Shown: positions 1-9,623, counted from the first letter of the stretch. The stretch is DNA of 64,000 nucleotides from Gammaproteobacteria bacterium (GCA_034522055.1 JAXHLS010000006.1:962790-1026789), one strand, 5' to 3'. Notes: generated by a model from the sequence alone, not told the origin. Made by a program: numbers and translations.

Positions 1-233
1 AGGGCCGCCCCCTTGTCCCCGGGCACGGTGCCGAAGCCCTTGCCGATCTGCCAGTCGGCGGTATGGAGGAGCCTCACGCCCATGAAAAGGGCCCCCGGCG
101 CCGGCACGGCCGCGTCATCCCTGCGCCGCCGTTGCCGGGGCCTTGTATAGTGACTTCTACCATGGACTCATACTCGCAGGCTGGGCGCCGTTCATCTAGG
201 CTTAGGGCCATCAACCCGTCGCCGGAACCGCCC

Positions 234-794
234 ATGACCTCGTCCGCCGAGCGCACCGCCAGCTACCAAGACATCATCGCCCTGCCCGAGAACCTGGTGG
301 GCGAGATCCTCCACGGCCAGCTGCACACCCATCCCCGTCCCGCGCCACGACACAGCCGGGCCTACTCGGCATTGGGGTACACCCTCGGCAGCCCATTCGA
401 TGGTGGACACGGAGGCCCGGGGGGCTGGTGGATCCTCGACGAGCCGGAGCTGCACCTGGGCCCAGACGTGGTGGTCCCGGACCTGGCGGGCTGGCGCCGC
501 GCGCGTATGCCGGAACTCCCCACCACCGCCTGGTTCGAACTCGCACCCGACTGGGCCTGCGAGATCCTCTCCCCCTCCACGGCCCGCATCGACCGCGCCG
601 TGAAGATGCCCCTGTATGCCCGCGAGGGCGTACAACACCTGTGGCTGGTGGACCCGGACGCCCGCACCCTGGAGGTCTACCGGCTCCAGCCCGACGGCCA
701 CTGGCTGCTGCATCGCACCCTCACCCAGGACGATGCGGTGAGCGAGCCGCCCTTCGAGGCCATCACCTTCGGGCTCGACGTGCTGTGGGCGTGA
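234..794 (+). CDS. Uma2-family (DUF820) putative restriction-endonuclease-like protein
   Basis: ORF 63..794 carries Uma2 hallmark motifs (ENLVGEIL, PDWACEILSPST, LWLVDP, EVYRL). The start is trimmed to the internal ATG at 234 (~187 aa, typical length); ATG 162 or 63 are alternatives. Confidence 0.65.
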   Translation: MTSSAERTASYQDIIALPENLVGEILHGQLHTHPRPAPRHSRAYSALGYTLGSPFDGGHGGPGGWWILDEPELHLGPDVVVPDLAGWRRARMPELPTTAWFELAPDWACEILSPSTARIDRAVKMPLYAREGVQHLWLVDPDARTLEVYRLQPDGHWLLHRTLTQDDAVSEPPFEAITFGLDVLWA

Positions 795-841
795 TGGCGG
801 CGGGCCCGGCCGATCCCGGCCGGCGCCCGATCATCGGCGCC

Positions 842-2267
842 TCAACCCGCCCCATCCAGGGCCCCGTCGGCCTGCGCCAGGAGTTGTTCGCCGCGGTCCA
901 ACAGCCCCCCGGCCTCTGCCCCTTCGGCCATGCCCCCGGCCTCCCGCAGGCGGGCCACCACGGCAGGGGTATCGGCGGCCAGCAGGCCCGTGGCCACCAG
1001 CGCCGACTCCACGACGGCGAGGCCGGGCGCACCATCGGCGTCGTGACCCTGCCAGTGGAGCAAGGCCCCGAGGGCGCCCTCCACGGCCTCGGCCATGGGC
1101 GCGACGGCCTCGACGGTAAAGCCCCCCTGATGGAGCAGCTGCGCCATCTCCCGTGGTCGCCGGCTGCGGGCCATGCGTTCGCGGGCCTCCCCGAGGCGGC
1201 GTGACGCCACCCTCTCGGGGGCCTCTTCCGGCGCGGCCTGGTAGAGGGGGGTGGCGTCGCCGGTGAGCTGCAGCACCCCCGCCTCCACCAGCCGTTCCAC
1301 CGCCGCCAGGGTATCCCTGTCCAGCACCTGAATCTGGCGGGTGTCATCGGGCAGCTGTTCCTGGAGGCGGCGCTCCAGGGCGGCTTGGAGTTCATGGTCG
1401 CGGTCCCGGGTCACCACCAGCACGGTGCGGCGGCCCGCCTGATCATGGACATCCATGCGCTCCACGCCGTCACCGGCCGCGGCCAGCACCGTCTCCCGCA
1501 GCCGCTCCATGGGATCGGCGCTGGCGAGGGCGGGCGCTCCCCCATCTCCCGCCATCAGGGCATCGAGGCGTTCCAGAAAGGCGGCACGACCCGACGGCAG
1601 CGCCATCTCCCGTTCGCCCCGGCCGTCCACCACGCCGGCGGCGAGGGCGCGCTTCTGTTCCAGCAGGCCGAGCATACGGTGCTCGATGGTATGCTCGGAC
1701 ACCAGGTTGATCACCTGCACCGGGCGCTTCTGATGCTTGCGCCAGGCGCGGGCGATGCGCTGCTCCAGCTTCGCCGGATTCCACGGCAGGTCCAGGTTGA
1801 TGACCACGTCGGCGGCCTGCAGATTGAGTCCCACGGAGCCGGAATCGGTGGACAGGAACAGCCGGCACTCCGGGTCCTCCTTGAAGCGGCGGATCTCGGC
1901 TCGCCGGCGCGGCTGGGGCACCTTGCCCGTATGCCAGGCGTGGCCCAGGCCCCGGGCGGCGGCGTGCTCCCGCACCAGTTCCAGCATGCGCTCCCATTCC
2001 GAGAACACCAGGACCTTGTGATCGCCGTCCGCCATGAGGTCCCCGAGGATGGCCTCGAGTTCCTTCAGCTTAGGGGAGACGCGGGTCTCACGGTCGAGGA
2101 TATAGGGCGTGTCGCACAGCATCCGCATGCACGCCAGGTACCCTTGCAGGCGTTCCATCTCCTCCTTCTTGAGGGGCCGCTTGCGGGCCGCGGCGGACAG
2201 GCGGGCCACCTTGGCCTGGTACTCCTCGTAGGGCCCGGTCTGTTCCTCGTGCATGGGGACGAAGTAG
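842..2267 (-). pseudogene. C-terminal fragment of a SNF2-family helicase (helicase C-terminal domain), separated from its N-terminal half by an IS insertion
   Basis: ORF 842..2287 carries SNF2 helicase-C motifs (LVFSEWERMLELV, LSTDSGSVGLNLQAADVVINLDLPWNPAKLEQRIARAWR). The reading frame continues seamlessly with the fragment at 4174..5614 across the 8-bp duplicated codons (YFVP). Confidence 0.75.
2260..2267. repeat. 8-bp target-site duplication CGAAGTAG (left copy) of the IS element
   Basis: Identical octamer at 2260..2267 and 4174..4181, immediately outside the inverted termini TGCCTGCACGA / TCGTGCAGGCA. Confidence 0.7.
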
Positions 2268-4173
2268 TGCCTGCACGAGAAACTCAAAAGAGTTTATTGA
2301 TCAACGGCATAAGCTAATAATCGCGACGCGAAGAATGCGACGGTTCCGTTTGCTGGATTGCAAGATAAATCTGTAACGCATTGATCTGCATTGATATAAT
2401 GGCGGCGTAACCGGTGAGGGCCGGACGGTACAGGCGCACAAGGCCCTTGAGAGACGCAATCTTCGCCAGGATGAAATTCGTATGCGCAAGGTGATCGAGC
2501 CGCAAATGCAGATCGGCGAGCAGGACATCGGCGCGATTTGGCTCGATCCCAAATCGCGCGATGACATCCCGCAGCTCCTGCGGGGACTGCAGCACATCTA
2601 CACCACGCCCGCGTTGCGCGAGCGGGTTTTCGCGATCCTTGAAGAGGTGCGCCCGGTACGTGATAGCGAGGCAGAAAATGTCCTGGTGGCCCCTAACGCC
2701 GGTCGGCCGGGGATGTCGCAGTGGAAGATCCTGGTGCTTGGCGTACTGCGCCTGGGGCTCAGTGCCGACTACGACAGGGTCCGGGAACTGGCCAACGAGC
2801 ACAACACGATCCGCCAGTTCCTCGGGCACGGCGACTGGACCGACACCTATCTCTACCCGATGCAGACGCTACGGGATAATCTGCGCCTGTTCACCCCGGA
2901 GCTCCTGGACCGGATCAATCAAGAGGTGGTGCGTGCGGGGCACAAGGCGCTAAAAAAAAACCTAGAAGAAGGGCTCGTCGGGCGCTGTGACTCGTTCGTG
3001 GTGGAGACCGATGTGCATTTCCCCACCGACATCAACTTGCTGCTCGACGCCATCCGTAAGGTCATCGATTTGAGCACCGAACTGGCCGAACTCCACGCGC
3101 TGCCCGGTTGGCGTCAGCATGCCCACCATCAGCGCCAGTTTAAGCGCCAGTACCGAATCGTCCAGCGGCTCAAACACTCCACCTCCAAGGACGAAGACAA
3201 GCGTCAAGCCAAACTGCAGGATATCGCCGAGGCCCACGGCACCTACCTGGAACTGGCCGAGGACCACCTGACCCGTGCCGAGCAGATCCGCCAGAAAGTG
3301 CCGGCCTCCTGTGCGCTGAGCGAGGGGCTGCTGCGCGAGCTTGATGAATTCATGACCCACGCCAATCGGCAGATCGATCAGATCCGCCGCCGCGTGCTCC
3401 AGGGCGAGCGCATCCCCCACAATGAGAAGGTCTTCTCGTTGTTCGAGCCCCACACCGAGTGGATCAGCAAGGGCAAGGCCGGGGTGCCGGTGGAGTTGGG
3501 GTTGCGGGTGTGCGTGATGGAGGACAGCGACCGTTTCATCCTGCACCACCAGGTGATGCAGATGTGCACCGATGATCAGGTGGCCGTACCGATGGTTGAG
3601 GAGACGAAGGAGCGATTTGCGCCACTGCGCGCTGTTAGCATGGACAAGGGCTTCCACAGTCCAGCCAACCAGGCGGCCTTGGCTGAGCGTCTGGAGCGGG
3701 TGGTCCTGCCGAAGAAGGGTCGTCTCTCTCAGGCCGACAAGGTGCGCGAGAGTGATGAGGAATTTCTGCGCCTGCGCCATCGCCATTCGGCGGTGGAGTC
3801 GGCCATCAATGCCCTGGAGGTTCATGGTCTGGACAAGTGTCCGGACCACGGCATCGAGGGCTTCAAGCGCTATGTGGCGCTGGCCGTGCTCGCACGCAAC
3901 ATTCACCGCCTTGGCGCGCTGCTGCGTCAGCAAGAACAAGAGCGGGAGCGGCGAAGGCGCGGCCCCTACCGAAAGGCTGCCTGAGCAGCGCTCCGAAGCC
4001 GATACCGCGCCACGCGGACAGGAGAGGAGCGTCTGCACATCACCATCAATGCGAAGCATTCGCATTGGATGACGCCACGCATCTCAAAACAGTCGCCAAG
4101 GTGGAACACCGGCCATCAGTACCTGAGTGTCACGCTGGGAATTTGCCGGGAAATACGGGTTTTCGTGCAGGCA
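2268..4173 (+). mobile_element. Insertion sequence (1906 bp, IS4/IS5-superfamily, possibly IS1182-like) with ~11-15-bp terminal inverted repeats beginning TGCCTGCACGA
   Basis: A single 500-aa DDE transposase ORF is bounded by inverted termini (left TGCCTGCACGAGAAA; right, reverse-complemented, TGCCTGCACGAAAAC) and an 8-bp direct repeat. It interrupts an otherwise continuous helicase ORF. Confidence 0.7.
2482..3984 (+). CDS. DDE transposase, IS4/IS5 superfamily (DDE_Tnp_1-like)
   Basis: 500-aa ORF with DDE-transposase-like motifs (FVVETDVHFPTD, VSMDKGFHS, HSAVESAINALE, KRYVALAVLARNIHRLG); GC content is lower than the flanks. Confidence 0.75.
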   Translation: MRKVIEPQMQIGEQDIGAIWLDPKSRDDIPQLLRGLQHIYTTPALRERVFAILEEVRPVRDSEAENVLVAPNAGRPGMSQWKILVLGVLRLGLSADYDRVRELANEHNTIRQFLGHGDWTDTYLYPMQTLRDNLRLFTPELLDRINQEVVRAGHKALKKNLEEGLVGRCDSFVVETDVHFPTDINLLLDAIRKVIDLSTELAELHALPGWRQHAHHQRQFKRQYRIVQRLKHSTSKDEDKRQAKLQDIAEAHGTYLELAEDHLTRAEQIRQKVPASCALSEGLLRELDEFMTHANRQIDQIRRRVLQGERIPHNEKVFSLFEPHTEWISKGKAGVPVELGLRVCVMEDSDRFILHHQVMQMCTDDQVAVPMVEETKERFAPLRAVSMDKGFHSPANQAALAERLERVVLPKKGRLSQADKVRESDEEFLRLRHRHSAVESAINALEVHGLDKCPDHGIEGFKRYVALAVLARNIHRLGALLRQQEQERERRRRGPYRKAA

Positions 4174-4181
4174 CGAAGTAG
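4174..4181. repeat. 8-bp target-site duplication CGAAGTAG (right copy)
   Basis: See the left copy. Confidence 0.7.
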
Positions 4182-5614
4182 GTGTTGATAGTGCGTCCCG
4201 GCAACTGCCCCTCCACCTCGTCCTTGCGCCGGCGCAGCATGACGGGGCGCAGCCGCTCGTGAAGTTGGTCGAGGTTTTGGTAGCCGATGGCCCGCCCCTT
4301 GTCGTCCAACTGATAGAAGTCGCGGTTGAAGCGGAACAGCGGGCCGAAGATGTGGGGATCGAGAAACTCCGCGATGGAATAGATCTCGTCGATACGGTTC
4401 TCCACCGGGGTGCCGGTGAGGACGAAGGCATAGGGACTCTGCAGGCTCTTCACCGCCGCCGCGGTGCGCGTCTGCCAGTTCTTGATGCGCTGGGCCTCGT
4501 CGAGGATGACCACATCCGGGGCCAGGATGGTGTTGATGGCCGTCACGTCGGGGCGGATCTGCTCGTAGTTGGCGAGGTAGAAGAATGCCGGGGCCGCGTA
4601 CTCGCGCTCCCGCTCGGCCCGCGGCCCGTGGATGATGCGCGAAGGCAGGGTCGTGAACTTGGCGATCTGCTCCTCCCATTCGCCCTTCAGGGAGGCCGGC
4701 GACACCACCAGCACCCGCCGGATCCCGGCGCTGCGGCGCAACAGCTCGCAGGCCGCCACCGCCTGCACCGTCTTGCCCAGACCCATCTCGTCCGCCAGCA
4801 GGGCGCGGCCGGTGAGGGCCAGGTGCAGCATGCCCTCCTGCTGGTAGGGATAGAGGGCATGGTGCACCAGGTTGAGGTCGAGCCTGCCCGCCGCGATCTC
4901 CGCCTCCACGTGTTGGCGGTGGCGGCGCCGCTCCTCGCACCGATCCTGCTCTTCGAGCCAGGCGCGCAGGGCCGGCGAGATGCGGATGCGGCGGCGAGTC
5001 GCCGGATGGGCAGCGTCCACCGCCCGCAGCAGGGCGGGCAGGGTATCGAGGGGGTTGCCGGCGAGGATACCGTCCCCGCCATCGTACCCGGCAAGCAAGG
5101 CGCCGGCCCGGGAGCGGCCCTTGTCATGGGGTGCTTCCAGATGCACCCGTTGGTCCCGCCGGTCGAGGTATACCTCGAACCACGGGCTCCCCGCGGCGGC
5201 GGCCCGGACGAAGGCGCGACGCTGGCGGCTGCCAAGCCACTGCAGCACGGCCTCCACATGCTTGCAGGTACCGAGCCCGTTGACGCGGTGATCGGCGCAG
5301 TCGCAACTGTTGACCAGTGCCCCCAGGGAGCGGATCTCCACCCGATAGGCCTTGGCCCCCGATTGGACCCGGAAGTCCCCAAAGAAGGGATCGGCGCCGT
5401 CCACCGGCTCGATGGCCATGGGCTCCTGCTCGGCCCGCAGGCGCCGCCGCTCCACCTCGTCGGCGTCGGTGGTCAGCCATCCCGTGGGCCGGGGGCGTGC
5501 GCGCGGAGTCTTCGACTTCCTGGTCGTCCTGGGCCTGGTCTTGGGCGTAGTCCTGGGCATGACGTTAGACGTCCTCGTCCTGTGCGATACGGGGCATGGC
5601 CATGGGGTGTCCAC
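4174..5614 (-). pseudogene. N-terminal fragment of the SNF2-family helicase with a SWIM zinc finger and DEXH ATP-binding domain
   Basis: ORF 4130..5614 has a SWIM finger (CDCADHRVNGLGTCKHVEAV), Walker A/DEXH motifs (LADEMGLGKTVQAVA, VVILDEAQRIKN) and a K/R-rich N-terminus. The ORF ends 14 codons into the IS. The start may be the internal ATG at 5560 or 5419. Confidence 0.75.
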
Positions 5615-5751
5615 GATGGCCGGGGCCGAAAAGCGCGGGCAACGCTAGCACGCCCCCCCGACGCGGGCAAATAGCCCGCGCATACCTGCTCAAGTTGCAG
5701 CTCTGCAAGACCCAGACGTACCAGCCCCACGACCGCGAGCAACGTCAGCGC

Positions 5752-5835
5752 GTAGGTTGGGGTGAGGAACGAACCCCAACATGACCATGAATTCGACCAA
5801 AAATCGTTGGGGTTCGCAAGCTCACCCCAACCTAC
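5752..5835. other. 84-bp nested palindromic element with alternative pairings
   Basis: Outer arms GTAGGTTGGGGTGAG and CTCACCCCAACCTAC are a perfect 15-bp pair. Inner arms GAACCCCAAC and GTTGGGGTTC are a perfect 10-bp pair. The outer 5' arm can alternatively pair with the inner arm. Confidence 0.4.
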
Positions 5836-5842
5836 CATGCTC

Positions 5843-6420
5843 CTGGCAGCCGACGGGATCCCGGCGGGTGGCGGGCGGGATGTCGGTTGCCAGGAGCAAC
5901 CGACCTACATCCGTGCCCCGGGAACGGGCGGTGGGCGTACCTACGGGCCGGGATGTCGGGATGAATCCCGACCTACAAAAGCGCACCGAAATACGCGAGT
6001 GACGCGAAAAGGGAAAAGGTCAGGGAGGAGTGGCCGTTCGAAAAGGCGCAGCGGATCCACCGTTTCGGCGTCAGCAGAGCGGACGCACGGGTGGTAATCT
6101 TTTCCCATTTCCCATTTCCCATTTCCCATTTCCCATTTCCCATTCCCCCTGGGGAGAAGGACAGAGGCGTAGGTCGGCTGCTCTTGGCAGCCGACGGAAA
6201 CTCGGCGCTTTGCGGGCGCGGATGTCGGTTGCCAGGAGCAACCGACCTACATTCGTGCCGAAGGAACGGGCGGTGAGCGTATCTACGGGCCAGGATGTCG
6301 GGATGAATCCCGACCTACATTCGTGCCGAAGGAACGGGCGGTGGGCGTATCTACGGGCCGGGATGTCGGGATGAATCCGGACCTACATCCGTGCCAAAGG
6401 AATGGGCAGCGTATGCAGCC
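5843..6420. repeat. REP/BIME cluster (units GATGTCGG[GATGAATC/TTGCCAGGAGCAA]CCGACCTACATCCGTGCC, ~68-bp periodic sub-array)
   Basis: At least seven palindromic units occur between the helicase gene and fliK. Identical units recur at 26845..27058, 46189..46260, 46527..46552, 57201..57326, 60733..60767 and 61003..61028. Confidence 0.8.
5951..6210. repeat. Copy 1 of a ~300-bp MITE-like dispersed repeat (element A) containing a (GGGAAAT)5 microsatellite
   Basis: About 90% nucleotide identity, in reverse orientation, to 46189..46552 and 60733..61033. Contains TCCCATTTCCCATTTCCCATTTCCCATTTCCCATT. Bounded by REP palindromes. Confidence 0.8.
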
Positions 6421-6424
6421 TCGC

Positions 6425-7582
6425 TCATACGTAGGCATCCACCAGCCCCCGTGACGGGCCGGCGGTGGGCGGGGAGAGGCCGGGACCCTCATCGGCGCCG
6501 CCCGCCCCATGCCGGCCTCCGGTCCCTGCCCCACCGCCACCGCGTTCCTGATTCGCCGCAGCGTCACCGCCCGGATCGTCCCGCCCACCCGACACCGTGG
6601 CTTCGGCCAGTTGAATGCCATTCGCACCGAGCATGTCACGCAACCGGGGCATGGCCTGCTCCAGGGCCTCCCGCGTCGAGGCATGATTGGCATTGAAGAA
6701 GACACTCACCTCCTCGTTGCGCACCACCACCTTGACCTCCAGGGGACCGAGCTGGGGCGGGTTGAGTCTGATCTCGGCGTGCTGGGTACCCTGACCTGCA
6801 GTCATCCACAGCACCCGCTGACCCAGCTCATTGCCCCATTCGGGGCGGCCGACGGGGGTCTGGATGGTGGCTGCCGGCAGGTTCTGAAGCGGGGGTTCCG
6901 CGGCCCGCGTCACCGGCAACCCGGCCTGCTCGGGCCCCTTGGTAGCGCTTTGGCCCTGGGACGCGGCGGACTCCAGGGCGGCGAGGATATCTCCTCCCCC
7001 ACTCGCCAATCTGAGGCCTTCACCACCGGCGGCCGGCTGGAGGGACGTGATGGCAGACTTGTCGGGGCCACCCGCCGCCGGCAACGCAGTTTCCCTGCCT
7101 CCATCTGCCACCGTGTCCCCACCGCCCCGAGCAAACAATGCCGCCGGAACCATCTCCGCCTGGTCTTGCCCAACAGGCGGTGGTCCCTGTCCCGGGACAC
7201 CTGCTACCTTTCCCTCCGGTGCGCCGGGCGAGGGGGATGGCAGGGACGGCTGGGCACCGAGGAAAGCCAGGATGGCCTCCAGATCCGCCGCGGGGTCGCC
7301 ACCGGGCGACCCGCTGCCGTCCTGCAGCGGCAACGTCTGTGGCGGTAATGTCTCCAGCGGCAACGTATTGCCATCGCCGCCGGCAAGGAGTGGCAGCAAT
7401 ACTTGGGGCACATCTGCGTTGCGCAGGTCCTCCAGGGTCAGATCCCCGCCGGCCAGCAGCTGGGACAGCAGGTCCTGGAAACCGTGATTTTCCGCCGCCT
7501 CGCCCGTGACCTGCCTGGCGGGCAACAAGCCCCCAAGCAGGGCCATCAGGCCCTGGGGTACCGGCAAAGCCCCGTTGTCCAT
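6425..7582 (-). CDS. fliK: Flagellar hook-length control protein FliK
   Basis: Pro/Gly/Ala-rich N-terminus and a FliK C-terminal domain (WGNELGQRVLWM, AEIRLNPPQLGPLEVKV); downstream of fliJ. Confidence 0.75.
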   Translation of the reverse strand: MDNGALPVPQGLMALLGGLLPARQVTGEAAENHGFQDLLSQLLAGGDLTLEDLRNADVPQVLLPLLAGGDGNTLPLETLPPQTLPLQDGSGSPGGDPAADLEAILAFLGAQPSLPSPSPGAPEGKVAGVPGQGPPPVGQDQAEMVPAALFARGGGDTVADGGRETALPAAGGPDKSAITSLQPAAGGEGLRLASGGGDILAALESAASQGQSATKGPEQAGLPVTRAAEPPLQNLPAATIQTPVGRPEWGNELGQRVLWMTAGQGTQHAEIRLNPPQLGPLEVKVVVRNEEVSVFFNANHASTREALEQAMPRLRDMLGANGIQLAEATVSGGRDDPGGDAAANQERGGGGAGTGGRHGAGGADEGPGLSPPTAGPSRGLVDAYV

Positions 7583-7686
7583 GCCCGCTGCCTCTCAGAT
7601 GAAATGGTGACACCATCGGGAATGCAAATTGCGCGCCAACCACACCACCGTAGGACGCCCGTCATCCCTCGAGGGCGCCCCGCCGG

Positions 7687-8115
7687 CTACTTCTTGCGCA
7701 GATTGCGCTCGTCGGTCTCCCGATCCTCCCGCAGCAGCTGGTCCAGGTCTTCGGCCCGGCGCAGGCCGTCGATGGCGCCGTCCAGGGCCTTGGTGCGGGC
7801 GCGTTTGGCCAGCCACAGGGTGCGGTCGCGCTCCATCTGCCTGTGCTCGCCCGCCACCAGGCCTTCCAACTGCCCGATGGTCTCGTCCAACTTCGCCACG
7901 AAGTCCTGAAAGCGTTTGATCTCGTCGCCGCGCAGCCCCTGGCGGCCGCGTTCGCCGAAGCCGTCGAGGTACTCGGCCCGGTAGCGCCGCATCTCGTCCA
8001 GCTTGGCCTGATAGAGGCCGAGGCGCTCCCTGCTCTGCTCGAAACGCCCCGCGGCATCCTGTTGCCGGTGCTCGGCGATGCGGGCCAGGGGCTCCAGGCG
8101 TTTGGAGCGGGCCAC
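7687..8115 (-). CDS. fliJ: Flagellar export protein FliJ
   Basis: 142-aa charged coiled-coil protein (YQAKLDEMRRYRAEY) between fliI and fliK. Confidence 0.7.
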   Translation of the reverse strand: MARSKRLEPLARIAEHRQQDAAGRFEQSRERLGLYQAKLDEMRRYRAEYLDGFGERGRQGLRGDEIKRFQDFVAKLDETIGQLEGLVAGEHRQMERDRTLWLAKRARTKALDGAIDGLRRAEDLDQLLREDRETDERNLRKK

Positions 8116-8234
8116 CTAGCACCCCGTCCCGGCATCGCGGCCGGCCGGGCCCGGCGGTGGCGAATGACCGCCGCGCGCCGTGCCCATCCCGCCCTGCGGC
8201 ATGGTGGCAGTCATGGCCCGGTGGCTCCTCATCG

Positions 8235-9623
8235 TCATGCGTGCTGTGCCGTGGACTGCCGGTCCTGGCCGAGCCCCGTGGAGGTCCGCTCCAGCACCGT
8301 GTCCAGGTCGTGCAGGCTGTCCTTCAGGGACACCCGCTGATCCATATCCTGGGCCAGGAAGGACATGAAGGCGGGGTAGGCGGCGATGGCATGGTCCACT
8401 CGGGGCTCGGTGCCGGGGCTATAGGCCCCCACGTTGATGAGGTCTTCGTTGCGCCGGTACAGGGAATAGACCTGCTTGAAGCGCCGTGCCTTCTCCAGGT
8501 GGTCCTTGGCGGTGATGGCGGTCATGGCACGGCTGATGGACGACTCGATGTCGATGGCCGGGTAGTGGCCGGCATCGGCCAGATCCCGGGACATCCGGAT
8601 ATGGCCGTCGAGAATGGCCCGCGCCGCATCGGCGATGGGGTCCGCCTGCTCGTCCACCTCCGTCAGCACGGTGTAGAACGCGGTGATGGAACCACCCCCC
8701 TGCTCGCCGTTGCCGGCCCGCTCCACCAGTTGGGGCACGCGGGCGAAGACCGAAGGCGGGTAACCGCGGGTGGCGGGCGGTTCGCCGATGGCGAGGGCGA
8801 TCTCGCGCTGGGCCTGGGCGAACCGGGTGAGGGAATCCATCAGCAACAGTACCTGGTGACCCTGGTCACGGAAATACTCGGCGATGGTAGTGGCCAGCAC
8901 GGCCCCGTGGACCCGCATCAGCGGCGGGTCGTCGGCGGGGGACGCCACCACCACGGCACGGGCCATGCCCTGGGCCCCCAGGATCTGCTCGATGAACTCC
9001 TTCACCTCGCGGCCGCGCTCACCGATGAGCCCCACCACCACCACGTCCGCGGTGGTGAAGCGGGTCATCATACCCAGCAGCACGCTCTTGCCCACGCCGC
9101 TGCCCGCGAACAGCCCCATGCGCTGGCCCCGCCCCACGGTGACCAGGGCATTGATGGAGCGCACCCCGACGTCCAGGGGCTGATGGATGGGATGGCGGGC
9201 CAGGGGATTGATGACCCGCCCCCTCAGAGACACCTTGTGGCCCGACTTGACCACGCCCTTGCCGTCGAGGGGGCGCCCGGTGCCGCCCAGCACCCGGCCC
9301 AGCAGTTCATCGCCCACGAACACCTCGCCGCCCCGGCCTACTGGAACCACCCGGGCATTGGGCTCCATGCCGCGAATGTCGCCAATGGGCATGAGGTAGA
9401 GCCGATCACCCGCGAAGCCCACCACCTCGGCCTCCACCTCGCCGGTGGGCCCGGCGATGCGACAGCGGTCGCCGATGGCGGCTTTGCACCCCTCCGCCTC
9501 CAGGGTGAGGCCCACCATGCGTGTCAGGCGCCCCGCCACCGTCAGGGGCGGCGGCGTGGTCGCCCGTTCCACGAAGGGCTGCAGCCGCTCCAGCACCTGG
9601 TCGCTACGCTTCGATTCCGCCAC
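8235..9623 (-). CDS. fliI: Flagellum-specific ATP synthase FliI
   Basis: Walker A ([11 protein letters not shown]), Walker B ([12 protein letters not shown]) and an F1-ATPase-like fold. The start is set to the GTG at 9623, overlapping the fliH stop by ~20 nt. The ORF is open up to 9731, so the start is uncertain. Confidence 0.8.
   Translation of the reverse strand: MAESKRSDQVLERLQPFVERATTPPPLTVAGRLTRMVGLTLEAEGCKAAIGDRCRIAGPTGEVEAEVVGFAGDRLYLMPIGDIRGMEPNARVVPVGRGGEVFVGDELLGRVLGGTGRPLDGKGVVKSGHKVSLRGRVINPLARHPIHQPLDVGVRSINALVTVGRGQRMGLFAGSGVGKSVLLGMMTRFTTADVVVVGLIGERGREVKEFIEQILGAQGMARAVVVASPADDPPLMRVHGAVLATTIAEYFRDQGHQVLLLMDSLTRFAQAQREIALAIGEPPATRGYPPSVFARVPQLVERAGNGEQGGGSITAFYTVLTEVDEQADPIADAARAILDGHIRMSRDLADAGHYPAIDIESSISRAMTAITAKDHLEKARRFKQVYSLYRRNEDLINVGAYSPGTEPRVDHAIAAYPAFMSFLAQDMDQRVSLKDSLHDLDTVLERTSTGLGQDRQSTAQHA

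Noticed and set aside
1-62. Partial minus-strand ORF at the left window edge
   Set aside because: Only ~20 codons are visible, which is too short to assign.
530-560. tRNA-like GGTTCGAA motif
   Set aside because: It lies inside the Uma2 coding sequence, with no acceptor or anticodon stems. No tRNA genes were found in the window.
6030-6374. Conserved pseudo-protein MAVRKGAA[D/N]PPFRRQQSGRTGGNLFP... encoded at three loci (also 45020..46411 start and 60456..60881)
   Set aside because: The conservation reflects nucleotide identity of the MITE-like repeat A. The frames are interrupted differently in each copy and run through REP palindromes and a microsatellite, so it is not a gene.
6222-6420. 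~68-bp periodic array of palindromic repeats that resembles a CRISPR array
   Set aside because: The intervening 34-bp segments are themselves repeated (near-identical linkers GAAGGAACGGGCGG...CGGGCC) and the units recur throughout the window at gene ends. This is a REP/BIME mosaic, not repeats separated by unique spacers.
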